This document shows positions 52,780-64,000 of a DNA stretch of 64,000 nt, in pieces. A program made the translations under genes and the position numbers. Each line of letters starts with the position of its first letter. Within the stretch, counting starts at the first letter, position 1. The DNA comes from Chiloscyllium plagiosum (lineage: Eukaryota), in the NCBI RefSeq assembly GCF_004010195.1, contig NC_057719.1, positions 63,983,196-64,047,195 of the forward strand. The letters run 5' to 3'. Under the pieces are notes generated by a model, which saw only the letters and a program-made list of their open reading frames with translations, did no database searches and was not told the origin of the DNA.

Positions 52780-54385
52780 GAAATAACTTCACATTATTGT
52801 GCAGGTAGCCATTCAAGTGGGAGGGAGGAGGTGCTGTCACTCAAGAAAAATACTAGGGAAACTGATGTGGCTTAAGGATGATGAGTATCCTGGACCTGAT
52901 AGGTGTATCCTAGAACATTTAAAGGAAGTAGCTCCTCACATAGTGGACATAACTGGTAGGAATCTTCAAACAGCCCTTAGATTCTGGAAGAGTCCCAGAA
53001 GATTGGAAAACTTCCAGTTTGTAACTACTGGCTGGTTAGCTTATACTTGATTGTTTGTTGGGAAGTAAGGCAGGGCAAGTGACTGAGGTGTCAGTGGAGG
53101 AGCACTTTAGGGCAAGTGATCTTAATTCTATTAGTTTTAAAGTAATTATGGAACAGGATGAAACTGATCAAAAAGTTAGTTCTAAATTGTAGTAAAGCCA
53201 ATTTTAATGGGATGAAACATGGACTTTCAAAAATTGATTGATTGGGGGAGGCTATTCACAGGTAAAGGGATGGTTGGTAAGTGGAAGACTTTAAAAACGA
53301 GATAACCAGAATTCAGAACCAGTGTTCCTGTTAACTTTGAGGTTAAGACTAGTAGGTATAGGGGATGCTGGAAGACTAGAGAAATTGATGCTTGGGTGAA
53401 GAATAAGGAAGAGTTTGGTATAGACAGCTGGGATCAAGTGAATTCCTAGAGGGGTATAATGGTAATATGAGTATACTCGGAGGTCAGGAGGGCAAAAAGG
53501 GACAGGAGATAGCTTTGGCAAATATAGTTAGAGAATCCAAAGGGATTCTGTAAGTACCTTAAGGACAAAAGAGTAACTAAGGAGAGAATAGGGCCTCTTA
53601 AAGGTCAGTATGGCTATCTATGTGTGGTTCCACAGGTGTTGGGTTGGATACTAAATGAATATTTCACATCAGTGAAGACCAAGGGTGGTGCTACAGGGTT
53701 GCTTTTTGGACTGGAGGCTTGTAACCAATGGTGTGCCACAAGGATTGGTGCTGGGTCCACTGCTTTTCATCATTTATAAAAATGATTTGGATGAGAATAT
53801 AGAAAGTATGGTCAGTAAGTTTGCAGATGAGACAAAAATAGGTGGTATAGTGAAGATGTTGATCTCAGTACAACAAGACTTTGATCAGATGGGTTAATGG
53901 GCTGAGGCATGATAGATGAAGTTTCTGACCTTTTAAGTCTTTAATTGAAAATTTCCATCCTGACATTGCCCATTCCTATCTTCAGACCATCTATTTTTCA
54001 AGAGCTGTCAAAGGCAAAGGGGTGACCTTATACAGGTTTATAAAATCATGAGGATCATGGATAGGGTGAATAGCCAACGTCTTTTCCCCAGGGTAGGGGA
54101 GTCCAAACCTAGAAGGCATAGGTTTAAGGCAAGAGGGAGAAGATTTAAAAGGGCAGCTTTTTCACAGGGTGATGCATATATGGAATGAGCTGGGAGAGGA
54201 ACAAGTAGAGGCAGATATAATTACAACACTGAAAAGGTATCTGGATAAGTAAATGAATAGGAAGGGTTTAGATAGATATGGGACAAATACTGGCAAATGA
54301 GACTAGGTTAGATTGGGATGTCTTGTTGGCGCTGACGAGTTGGACCAAAGGGTCTGTTTCTGTCCTGTATGACTATGACTCTATC
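52780..54385 (+). mobile_element. Composite of decayed CR1 fragments
   Basis: PGPD, GVPQGLVLGPLLF, SKFADETK and CR1 3' tail; internal deletions. Confidence 0.75.
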
Positions 54386-55504
54386 TGTCAAAGTATTAGA
54401 ATCTACTATAACAGAGCATTTAGGAATGCATAATATAATCAAGCAGAATTAATATGGCTTTGATGGGCCAAATGGCCTACTTTTGCTGAAAACATTCAAC
54501 ACGTCAGGCAGAATTAGTAGAGAGAAGAATAAATTCTCATGTTTCAGGCCAGTGACCTTTCACCTATCATGGAAAATGTTACAGATTTTAACCAAGTAAA
54601 GAGGCATGGAAAAGGAGATGTGTGGGGTGAAGGAAATAATTAAAGAGTATACCTGTGATTGAGATGAAATGGAGTGATTTTTTTTTTAAAACGTGAATAG
54701 CAGAATGGTTGCCAGCACTAGTTGTGTAAATGTTTTAAGTTCTAAGCAAAGGAGCTTTCCAATCATTGTCAGGTTACTGCATTTCAAATCTCATACCATC
54801 ATGAACTGAGAAATTTGATATCACAGAAAAATCCATCAAGGGTTTCATCTTGTGCTGACAGGAATTCAATTATCCTTCAACAGCTGACTAGAGCAACAGG
54901 GTTTTATTTATATCACCCTAGCATTAGGGCACACTGGTCTCTGAAGTTTACTTGGGACTGCCTTTGTAAAAACCCGTGTCCATCAGAGATTGAACTGATT
55001 ACCATAGCAACTTGACTACTCATGTACAATCTGATGTAGCAGGTCTCCATTAATAACTGCTGCCAGTAACCCCATACACACCTCTCCACTAATTTTCCAC
55101 AAATAATAAAAAGTCAATAAGAGTAAAGCAAACACAAAGTGAATCGATCGAATAGAAAATGAAAAATGATTCTGGGATGAAGATGTCCATTTTAAAAAGT
55201 GATGCACATGTCAGTATGAGATTGATATAAGTGGAAGCACAACCTAAATTTTATGATGCAAAATAGCGTTGGATGCTTCTCCTTCAGAAGAAATACTTAA
55301 TGACGATGAGGGATATAGTGGCTTGACTAAGATATAAAAACTAAGCTGGCAAAGGCAGTGTGCAGCATGGAACAAATTTAATTTTCTATCAATTGTCTCC
55401 GAGCAATTTCTACTCTCCTGTTTCGTGAGTTATTTATAACACAACACAAATAATCTTTTTCATTGCTGTTCCTGGGACTGACCATTCTCATTTTTGTGTT
55501 GTAG

Positions 55505-55681
55505 CCTGAAGATCTACGGGATATCATAGAAAAGGCCAGGGAAATGGAGCAAAACTATGGACACTATTTTGATGCAGCAGTTGTTAATACAGACTTGGAA
55601 AAAGCATACCAAGAGTTAATTCGCCTTATAAACAAGCTTGACACAGAGCCTCAGTGGGTTCCATCAACATGGCTTCGGTGA
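55505..55681 (+). CDS. PALS1: PALS1 last coding exon (absent from ORF track)
   Basis: [23 protein letters not shown]...[16 protein letters not shown]; ttgtAG acceptor; 177 nt. Confidence 0.96.
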   Translation, partial: PEDLRDIIEKAREMEQNYGHYFDAAVVNTDLEKAYQELIRLINKLDTEPQWVPSTWLR

Positions 55682-56890
55682 GGAACAAATCATCAGTTTA
55701 CAAGTCCTCTTTTCAACAGTTAGGCAGAAAGCAATCATTAATGAAACACAGAATAATCGAAGAATTAACAAGACATTCCATTTTATGCCAGCATTTGGTG
55801 ATCGAAATACTCATGTAATTACTATTCAGTAACTATTTATAATGTAAATATAGATACAATTCTGGCACTAGCTTTCTTTGAATCACCCTGTACATAAGCC
55901 TAAGTCCAGGCTGTACGGATGTGACCTTTTTAGGTATTTTTATATTTTTTTTAGGTTTCTGCTTTATGGACACCTCATTTTGAGTCTTTCATGAGGATTA
56001 AGTACATAGGGGGCAAAGTATATTTTTATGAAATAAAGTAGAATACATAAATTCCATCAGATTTTTTTATACTATGATAGACATCATTTCCTCATTCCTC
56101 CTAAATTGGAGTGATTCAGAGGCTTATTCAGTTTGAAACCGTGATAGTTTTAAGATTTTTGTGAGAACCTGATTTATGCAGACTAATAAATTGCATCTTG
56201 TGATCAGAATTTTTTGATCAAAGACTGGAATGAATTATTGAATGTAACTACTGTACAGTAAAGCAATAATTGGCACAGCAGGCACCCCAGACAGCTAATT
56301 CTCAAATGTGAATGTTTTAATTTAATAATACATGAGTTTGTTGAAATGTCTTCTCATGCAATTTGATTATTAATGATGTTTTGTGTTTTTTCTCTTCTGA
56401 GAATAAAGTTTTTAAAACACTGGAATTTTATGACCATTATGGCTGAAGTTGGCTGAACAGTCTTAAAGTGATGTATTTTTTTTTACATTTTTCTAAGACT
56501 GTGTTTTGTACAAATATTTTTTCCCAGTATTAAACTAATAGTGCAGCAGCACTGGAGGTATGGTGTACTTTTTCACCTTTTGATGCTCATCTGCTTGTGC
56601 TAAAGCAAAGCAGCATCTATAAGTGGTTGAGGTGAAGGCTGCAGGCTGAGTGGGACATCATTGAAGGAAAAAAGTGTTGACATGCCAACCTTTTTGGTTT
56701 CAATCAACTTCTTGGCAGAGGCATTTTGAGTTATGCATGTGCAAATTTTAACTTAAGGAATCTATCATTGAGGGGTACTATCTAAGCTTGTAATATATAT
56801 CTTCATTCACTTGTATAAACAACTTTTCAGAGTCTTGATTGTAAAATTGTATTTGTAGCTTTTCAATAAAACAAATCACTCATAACCATT
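55682..56890 (+). promoter_or_regulatory. PALS1 3' UTR with candidate poly(A) signals
   Basis: AT-rich, no recognisable repeats; AATAAA at 56032, 56185, 56402 and 56865; the last is preceded by several TGTA motifs. True end unknown. Confidence 0.6.
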
Positions 56891-57709
56891 GCCTTATTAC
56901 ATTATTACTTTGAGCTCACCTGGGTGACCAGTATTTTTAGTGTCTCCTGCAAAGATCAGAAAACCTATTTGTGAATTAATGGTTGCAAGATGTGAAACTT
57001 AGTTTCCTATACTGTTAAGTTTTTTTTAGTTTTAAAACAACAGAATTAACACAACAGGCACAAACATGTTTGCAAAATGACCTCTGTGCTGCATCATTTT
57101 CTAATTAGTGACCTATTGGTGATTTGCGCTGACTTGGTTAAGGAGATGTTTTTAGTTCTGTTATTCAGAAAGCTCCATGTTCCTACTTTGACTTCGCTGT
57201 TTTAGTTTGAACTTTCACTTACAGCAATTTACAGCACAATATTTTATTGACCTGCAAGCTGAGGAAAAAATCAAAAGGTAGTAAGTTTTGAGATGTCTCT
57301 CCAGTCATAGGATTACTACAGTATTGCAATGGATTTGATTCCAGCTCCTTTCCTCAAGCAACATGTTCATCATTAACTTGAAGTAATGCTTCTGTCAGGA
57401 TTTCTTCAGAATATTGTATAAAGCAGTGTTTCTATTTCACTATTCCCTACCAAGCATTAACTTGTCACTTGTTGGAATTGAAAGATCCTATTTTATTTCA
57501 GTTTGGCACTAAAATGACTATGTTTGGTCATTAATAGCATTGGCTGAGAAGATTGGGAGTTGGATGTGCATGCAATTACGTCCTTTAATGACTGACTGAT
57601 TTTTAATCAAAATTAAGGTGCTTCCCCTTCATCTAATTGCTTTAAAAGTTGCTGTACTTGAAACTAATCATAGTTACTAATTAATCTAAACTAATGGTGT
57701 ATTTAATAA

Positions 57710-59855
57710 CAGGAACTTGAAAGGGTTCAGAAAAGATTTACAAGGATGTTGCCAGGTTTGGAGAATTTGAGGTATAGGGAGAGCTGAATAGGCTGGGCAG
57801 TTTTCACTGGCATGTTGGAGCTGAGTGGTGACCTCAAAAAGGGTTATAAAATCATAAGTGGCATGGATAGGGTAAATAAACAAGGTCGTTTCCCTGGGTT
57901 AGTGAGTCCAGAACTAGAGGGCATAGGTTTAAGGTGAGAGGAGAAAGATTTAAAAGTGACCTAAGGGGCAACATTTCACACAGGGTTGTGCGTGTATGGA
58001 ATGAGCTGCCAGAGGTGGAGGCTGGCACAATTACAATATTTAAAAAGAACCTGGATGGTTATATGTTGGGTATATGAAGAGTCATAGAGATATACAGCAT
58101 GGAAACAGACCCTTCGGTCCAACCCGTCCATGCCAACCAGATATCCTAACCCAATCTAGTCCCACCTGCCAGCACCTGGTCCATATCCCTCCAAACCCTT
58201 CCTATTCATATACCCATCCAAATACCTCTTAAATGTTGCAATTGTACCAGCTTCCACACATCCTCTGGCAGTTCATTCCATACATGTACCACCCTCTGTA
58301 TGAAAAGGTTGCCTCTTAGGTCTCTTTCATATCTTTCCCCTCTCACACAAACCTATGCCCTCTAGATCTAGACTCCCTGACCCCAGGGAAAAGACTTTGT
58401 CTATTTATCCTATCCATGCCCCTCCTAATTTTATAAACCTCTATAAGGTCACCCTTCAGCCTCCAACGCTGCAGGGAAAACAGCCCCAGCCTGTTCAGCC
58501 TCTCCCTGTAGCTCAGATCCTCCAACCCTGGCAACATCCTTGTAAATCTTTTCTGAACCTTTCCAAGTTTGACAACATCTTTCCGATAGGAAGGAGACCA
58601 GAATTGCACGCAATATTCAAACAGTGGCCTAACCAATGTCCTGTATAGCCGTAACATGACCTCCAACTCCTGTACTCAATACTCTGACCAATAGAGGAAA
58701 GCATGATTGCAGGTCAGGTGAATTGGCCACGCTAAATTGCCCGTAGTATTGGATGAAGGGGGTAAATGTAGGAGAATGGGTCTGAGTGGGTTGCGCTTCG
58801 GCGGGTCGGTGTGGACTTGTTGGGCCGAAGGGCCTGTTTCCACATTCTAGGGAACCTAATATAATCTAATCATACCAAACGCTGCCTTCACTATCCTATC
58901 TATTTGCGACTCCACTTTCAAGGAGCTATGAACCTGCACTCCAAGGTCTCTTTGTTCAAGCTCCCTAGGACCTTACCATTAAGTGTATAAGTCCTGCTAA
59001 GATTTGCTTTCCCAAAATGCAGCACCTTGCATTTATCTGAAATAAACTCCATCTGCCACTTCTCAGCCCATTGGCCTACCTGGTCCAGATCCTGTTGTAA
59101 TCTAACCCTCTTTGCTGTCCACTACACCTCCAATTTTGGTGTCATCTGCAAACTTACTAACTGTACCTCTTATCTTATCATCCAGATCATTTATGTAAAT
59201 GACAAAAAGTAGAGGCCCAGCTTCGATCCTTTTGGCACTCCACTGGTCACAGGCCTCCAGTCTGAAAAACAACCCTCCACCACCACCCTCTGTCTTCTAC
59301 CTTTGAGCCAGTTCTGTATCCAAATGGCTAGTTCTCCCAGTGGCACCACGTTTGCCAACCTCCAGTCTTCCGGCACCTCACCTGTGACTATTGATGATAC
59401 AAATATCTCAGCAAGAGGCCCAGAAATCACTTCTCTAGCTTCCCACAGAGTTCTCGGGTACACCTGATCAGGTCCTGGGGATTTATCCACCTTTAACAGT
59501 TTCAACACATCCAGCACTTCCTCCTCTGTAATCTGGACATTTTGCAAGATGTCACCATCTATTTCCCTACAGTGTATATCTTCCATATCCTTTTCCACAG
59601 TAAATACTGATGTAAAATATTCATTTCGTATCTCCCTCATTTCTGTGGCTCCACACCACGTCCGCCTTGCTGATCTCTGAGGGGCCCTATTCTCTCCCTA
59701 GGTACCCTTTTGTCCTTAATATATTTGTAAGGAAAGGGTTTAGAGGGATATGGGCCAAGTGCTGGCAAATGGGACTAGATTAATTTAGAATATCTGATCA
59801 GCATAGACAAGTTGGATCGAAAGGTCTGTTTCCATGCTGTACATCTCCTATGACC
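57710..59855. mobile_element. Nested CR1(+) > CR1(-, 58079-59730) > V-SINE 3' half (+, ~58705-58870)
   Basis: Outer CR1 breaks at gggtatatgaa and resumes at ggaaagggtttagaggg; inner ORFs LVRPLFEYCVQFWSP, DKSPGPD. Confidence 0.88.
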
Positions 59856-61034
59856 TCCACTCTGGCATGGTGTTGCAAATAAAGTCAAGCAGTGACTTGA
59901 CGTGAGGGATTCAACATCATCTGACTGTTATCATGGGACAATGGTGCATGGGAATGTTCTTTCCTGTCAGTGCTTGATGCAACTAAGAGATAATCCCCTA
60001 ATACAATAATAACCTAGCCATTGTTACAACGATAAGTTCCCATTGATGAGAGAAAAAAATCATCCAAACCATTGAGAGAAATTGCTCTGTCATCTCCAAA
60101 GAGTAGTACGGGTTTATGTTGAACCACTGTGAACTGATCACATTGTCTGGGCTTTTTTTCTCATGGAAAATGTTGCATTGTTTAACTGACCATACCTGGC
60201 TGAGCCATTTGTGAAATACATTGAGGGTTAGCACTCTCGCATCCTGCCCAACTGAGAAATGTTTAATGCAGTGGTGATATATATGATGCAGATCAATACA
60301 AAAAGAATCCCTGAATTGAAACAATGACTGCTGTCAAAAGAAACGTCACGACCAGTCAAGTCTGACTGAAGCCTCCAATCAAAAGCAGGAATGTTGAAAG
60401 ATTGTGTAAGTGTTCTAGCTGAACTGCAGTGATGTTGTTTGGAAAGTGTATTCAGGAATGGTTTACCTGGCTCTTAGACCAACAATTCCCACTGGAAGGA
60501 CCAATCAAATGCTGGATTGTAACTATCAGACAGATCTGAGGGATGTTGAGGCTGAAAGCTCAAGGTAGCTCAGAAATCTAAGGGGGTACTTGTTCTGAAC
60601 TAGGAAAGGTTTTGGGCAAAAATATGAGGTTTTGCGATAAAGATTTTTTTCTCCTAAAATGTCTTGGTGATTTTGGATCGTTTGGATGAGAGTCCAGATT
60701 AACTTGTGAAGGTTGGTTTGTCAGATTTCAATCAAAGTAGTGTGTAATTTTTGGACGCGTTTAGACATTTTCTATTAAGGCATTTGGAAGTTTGTTTTAA
60801 TAAAATTTGTAGTTGAGCCAAATATTGCCTGTGATTTTGTTCTCTACAAAGTCTTAAAGTCCAAGAATAATTGTAAGGCAATGAACAGGAACCGCTTACA
60901 GATGTCAGTACTAAATGCTTTTTGAGAGACATGGTACAGTGTGAAAATATTTTCTTGGGTGAGTGTAATAACATACAAGATGTTTTCCTATCAGTTCAAA
61001 CACTAACTACTGCCAGACTCCAACCTCCAATGTC

Positions 61035-61111
61035 AAAAAGTGCAGTGCTGGAAAAGCACAGCAGGTCAGGCAGCATTCAAGGAGCAGGTGAGTTGACGTT
61101 TTTGGCATAAG
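61035..61111 (-). mobile_element. Family A fragment, single arm
   Basis: gtgctggaaaagcacagcaggtcaggcagc...ggcataagc. Confidence 0.7.
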
Positions 61112-61684
61112 CCCAATGCCCAACCCTCTCATCTTCAATGGACGTGCTAAATAAATGTCAGCCACTTCCCCTCAGGAGTGGAGTTTCTATGTACATCTCC
61201 AGTTAACTGATCTGCCAGGTGCCTGACAATAGACTTACCATAGTTTGTACATCACCAAGGAAGAATACAGAGGCAACTCCAATTATTTTGGAGTTTTGTT
61301 TAGCATGTGTTGGCATGTTTTTGTAATGCTGAGTATGTTGAAGCTTTTCAACACTTTTATGAAAAAGCAGGTTCCTGATTTTTATCATGTGTTTGATTTG
61401 TGCGATATTCTCCAATTTTCTTAATTTAGCTACTTTTTAGGGACTACTTTAGTGACTTGTATGTCTCGTCCTTGAAGATATTCAAGCTGAATTTATGCTC
61501 CTATTAACAGTTGTCAGCAGTAATAACACTGTCTACGAGCACAATTGCAGGTTAAAGCTACTGGTTGTGGAGTATTGTCAGGGATACATTAGAACCTGAA
61601 GTAAAGATTAAAAGATTCACCTCATTTGTTTTCAAGACTGAAGACTAAATGGCCCATTTAAAGGATTCCATCAGGAAGAGTTTA

Positions 61685-64000
61685 GAACATTTAAAAAGAA
61701 CAGGGAGGGGGGAGAAAGAGGAGGGGGTGTAGCACTGCTTATCAATGAGGGTATCACAGCTACAGAAGTTACCATTGTCTAGGGGGGTATACCTACTGAG
61801 TCAGTATGGGTGGAAATTAGGAACAGTAAGGGAGCAGTCACCTCATTAGGGGTTTACTACAGGGCCCCCAATAGCAGCAGGGAGATGGAAGAAAGCATAG
61901 GTCGGCAGATTTTGGAAAAGTGTGAATGTAGTAGGGTAGTTGTAATGGGTGACTTTAACTTTCCCAATATTGATTGGAACCTCCTTCGAGCAGATGGTTT
62001 GGAAGGAGCTGTTTTTGTGAGGTGTGTTCAGGAGGGTTTCCTAAGTCAGTACGTTGACAGGCCGACGAAGGGAGAGGCCAATTTGGATTTGGTGCTCAGC
62101 AATGAGTCGGGGCAGGTGTCAGATCTTGTGGTGGGAGAGCATTTTGGTGATAGTGACCAGAACTGCCTCACATTCTACAAAGCTATGGAGAAGGAGAGAA
62201 GCAGACACAATGGGAGGATATTTAATTGGGGAAAAGAAAACTATGATGCTATCAGACGTGAGTTGGGAAGCATGGACTGGGAGCAATTGTTCCATGGAAA
62301 GGGCACTATAGACATGTGGAGACTGTTTAAGGAACAGTTATTGCGAGTGATGCATAAATGTGTTCCTCTGAGACAGGCAAGAAGGGGTAAGATAAAGGAA
62401 CCTTGGATGACGAGAGCGGAGGACCTTCTAGTCAAAAGAAAGAAGGCAGCTTACGTAAGGTGGAGGAAGCAAGGGTCTTGCTCAGCTCTAGAGGATTACA
62501 GGCAAGCGAGGAAGAAGTTCAAAAATGGTCTGAGGAGAGCTAGGAGGGGGCACAAGAAAGGCTTGGCAGAAAGGATTAGGGAGAATGCAAAGGCATTTTA
62601 CACGTATGTGAAGAATAAGAGAATGATCAAAGAAAGAGTATGGTCGATCAGGGATAGCATAGGGAACTTGTGTATAGAGTCTGAGGAGGTAGGGGAAACC
62701 CTAAATGAGTTTTTTGCTTCTGTCTTTACTAAAGAAAAGGACCTTGTAGTGAATGAAACCATTGAGGAACAGATAAGCATGCTGGAACGGATAGAGATTG
62801 AGGATGCTGATGAACTGAAAATTTTGACAAACATTAAGATTGACAAGTCGCCAGGGTCAGACCAGATTTGTCCTTGGCTGCTTTGGGAAGCGAGAAATGT
62901 GATTGCTTCACTGCTTGCGAAGATCTTTGCATCCACCGGAGTCGTACCGGAGGACTGGAGGGAGGCAAATGTAATTCCTCTCTTCAAGAAAGGAAATAGG
63001 GAAATCCCTGGCAATTACAGACCAGTCAGTCTCACGTCTATCGTCTGCAAGGTGTTAGAAAGGATTCTGAAGGATAGGATTTATGACCATCTGGAAGAGC
63101 ATAGCTTGATTAAATGCAGTCAGCACGGCTTTGTGAGGGGCAGGTCATGCCTCACAAATCTTATTGAGTTCTTTGAGGATGTTACTAGACAAGCAGATGA
63201 GGGTCGAGCGGTGGATGTGGTGTATATGGACTTCAGCAAGGCATTTGATAAGGTTCCCTATGGTAGGCTCGTTCTGAAGGTCAGGAGGAATGGGATACAG
63301 GGAAATTTAGCTGTCTGGATACAGAATTGGGGCTGGTCGACAGAAGACAGCGAGTGGTAGTGGAAGGAAAGTATTCTGCCTGGAAGTCAGTGGTGAGTGG
63401 TGTTCCACAGAGCTGTGTTCTTGGGCCTCTACTCTTTGTAATTTTTATTAATGACTTGGCTGTGGAGATTGAAGAATGGGTCAGCAAGTTTGCAGACGAC
63501 ACAAAGGTTGGAGGTGTCGTTGACAGTATAGAGGACTGTTGTAGGCTGCAGCGTGACATTGACAGGATGCAGAAATGGGCTGAGAGGTGGCAGATGGGGT
63601 ACAACCTGGATAAATGCTAAGTGATGTATTTTGGAAGGTCGAACTTGAAAGTTGAGTACAGGATTAAAGACAGGATTCTTGTCAGTGTGGAGGAACAATG
63701 GGATCTTGGTATACAGGTACATAGATCTCTTAAAATTGCCACCCAAGTGGACAGGGTTGTTAAGAAAGCATATGGTGTTTTGACTTTCAATAACAGGGGG
63801 ATTGAGTTTAAGAGCCGTGAGATCTTGTTGCAGCTCTATAAAACTTTGGTTAGACCGCACTTGGAATACTGTGTCCAGTTCTGGTCGCCCTATTATAGGA
63901 AAGATGTGGATGCTTTGGAGAGGGTTCAGAGGAGGTTTACCAGGATGCTGCCGGGAATGGAGGATTTATCTTACGACTGAGCTCGGACTTTTTTTCATTG
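61685..64000 (+). mobile_element. Relatively young CR1 LINE ORF2 (APE endonuclease + RT), lightly disrupted, runs off the window
   Basis: 516 aa ORF 61810-63360 with GDFN, LDL, SD, NYRPVSLTS, YMDFSKAFD; after a frameshift GVPQ, FADD; stop at 63618. Confidence 0.93.

Noticed and set aside
59880..61680. Search for exons of a downstream neighbour gene on either strand
   Set aside because: No recognisable coding exon found by eye; cannot exclude UTR or small exons

Overview
Eukaryotic genomic DNA, most likely from a shark; this is inferred from the repeat families (V-SINE/HE1-like SINEs, abundant CR1 LINEs, Penelope-like elements). The window holds the complete coding region of one + strand gene, PALS1/MPP5 (MAGUK polarity scaffold). 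It has 13 GT-AG coding exons from ATG 9995 to TGA 55681, 2016 nt, 671 aa (Par6-binding motif, two L27 domains, PDZ, SH3, HOOK, guanylate-kinase-like), followed by a ~1.2 kb 3' UTR. The promoter and first exon(s) are not evident. Introns and flanks are packed with decayed mobile DNA: a near full-length L1-clade LINE, many CR1/L2-type LINE fragments (one with a twin-priming inversion, one triple-nested), tRNA-derived SINEs, TA-flanked MITEs and Penelope-like (RT + GIY-YIG) retroelements. The most interesting signal is a set of short Penelope-terminus insertions from at least three subfamilies. They carry minimal hammerhead-ribozyme cores, usually sit as fold-back hairpins with a near-fixed unpaired 3' tail, have 13-16 bp target-site duplications, and have 5' breakpoints clustered in the ribozyme. 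Exon, TSD and motif coordinates were read base by base; boundaries of old repeats are approximate.
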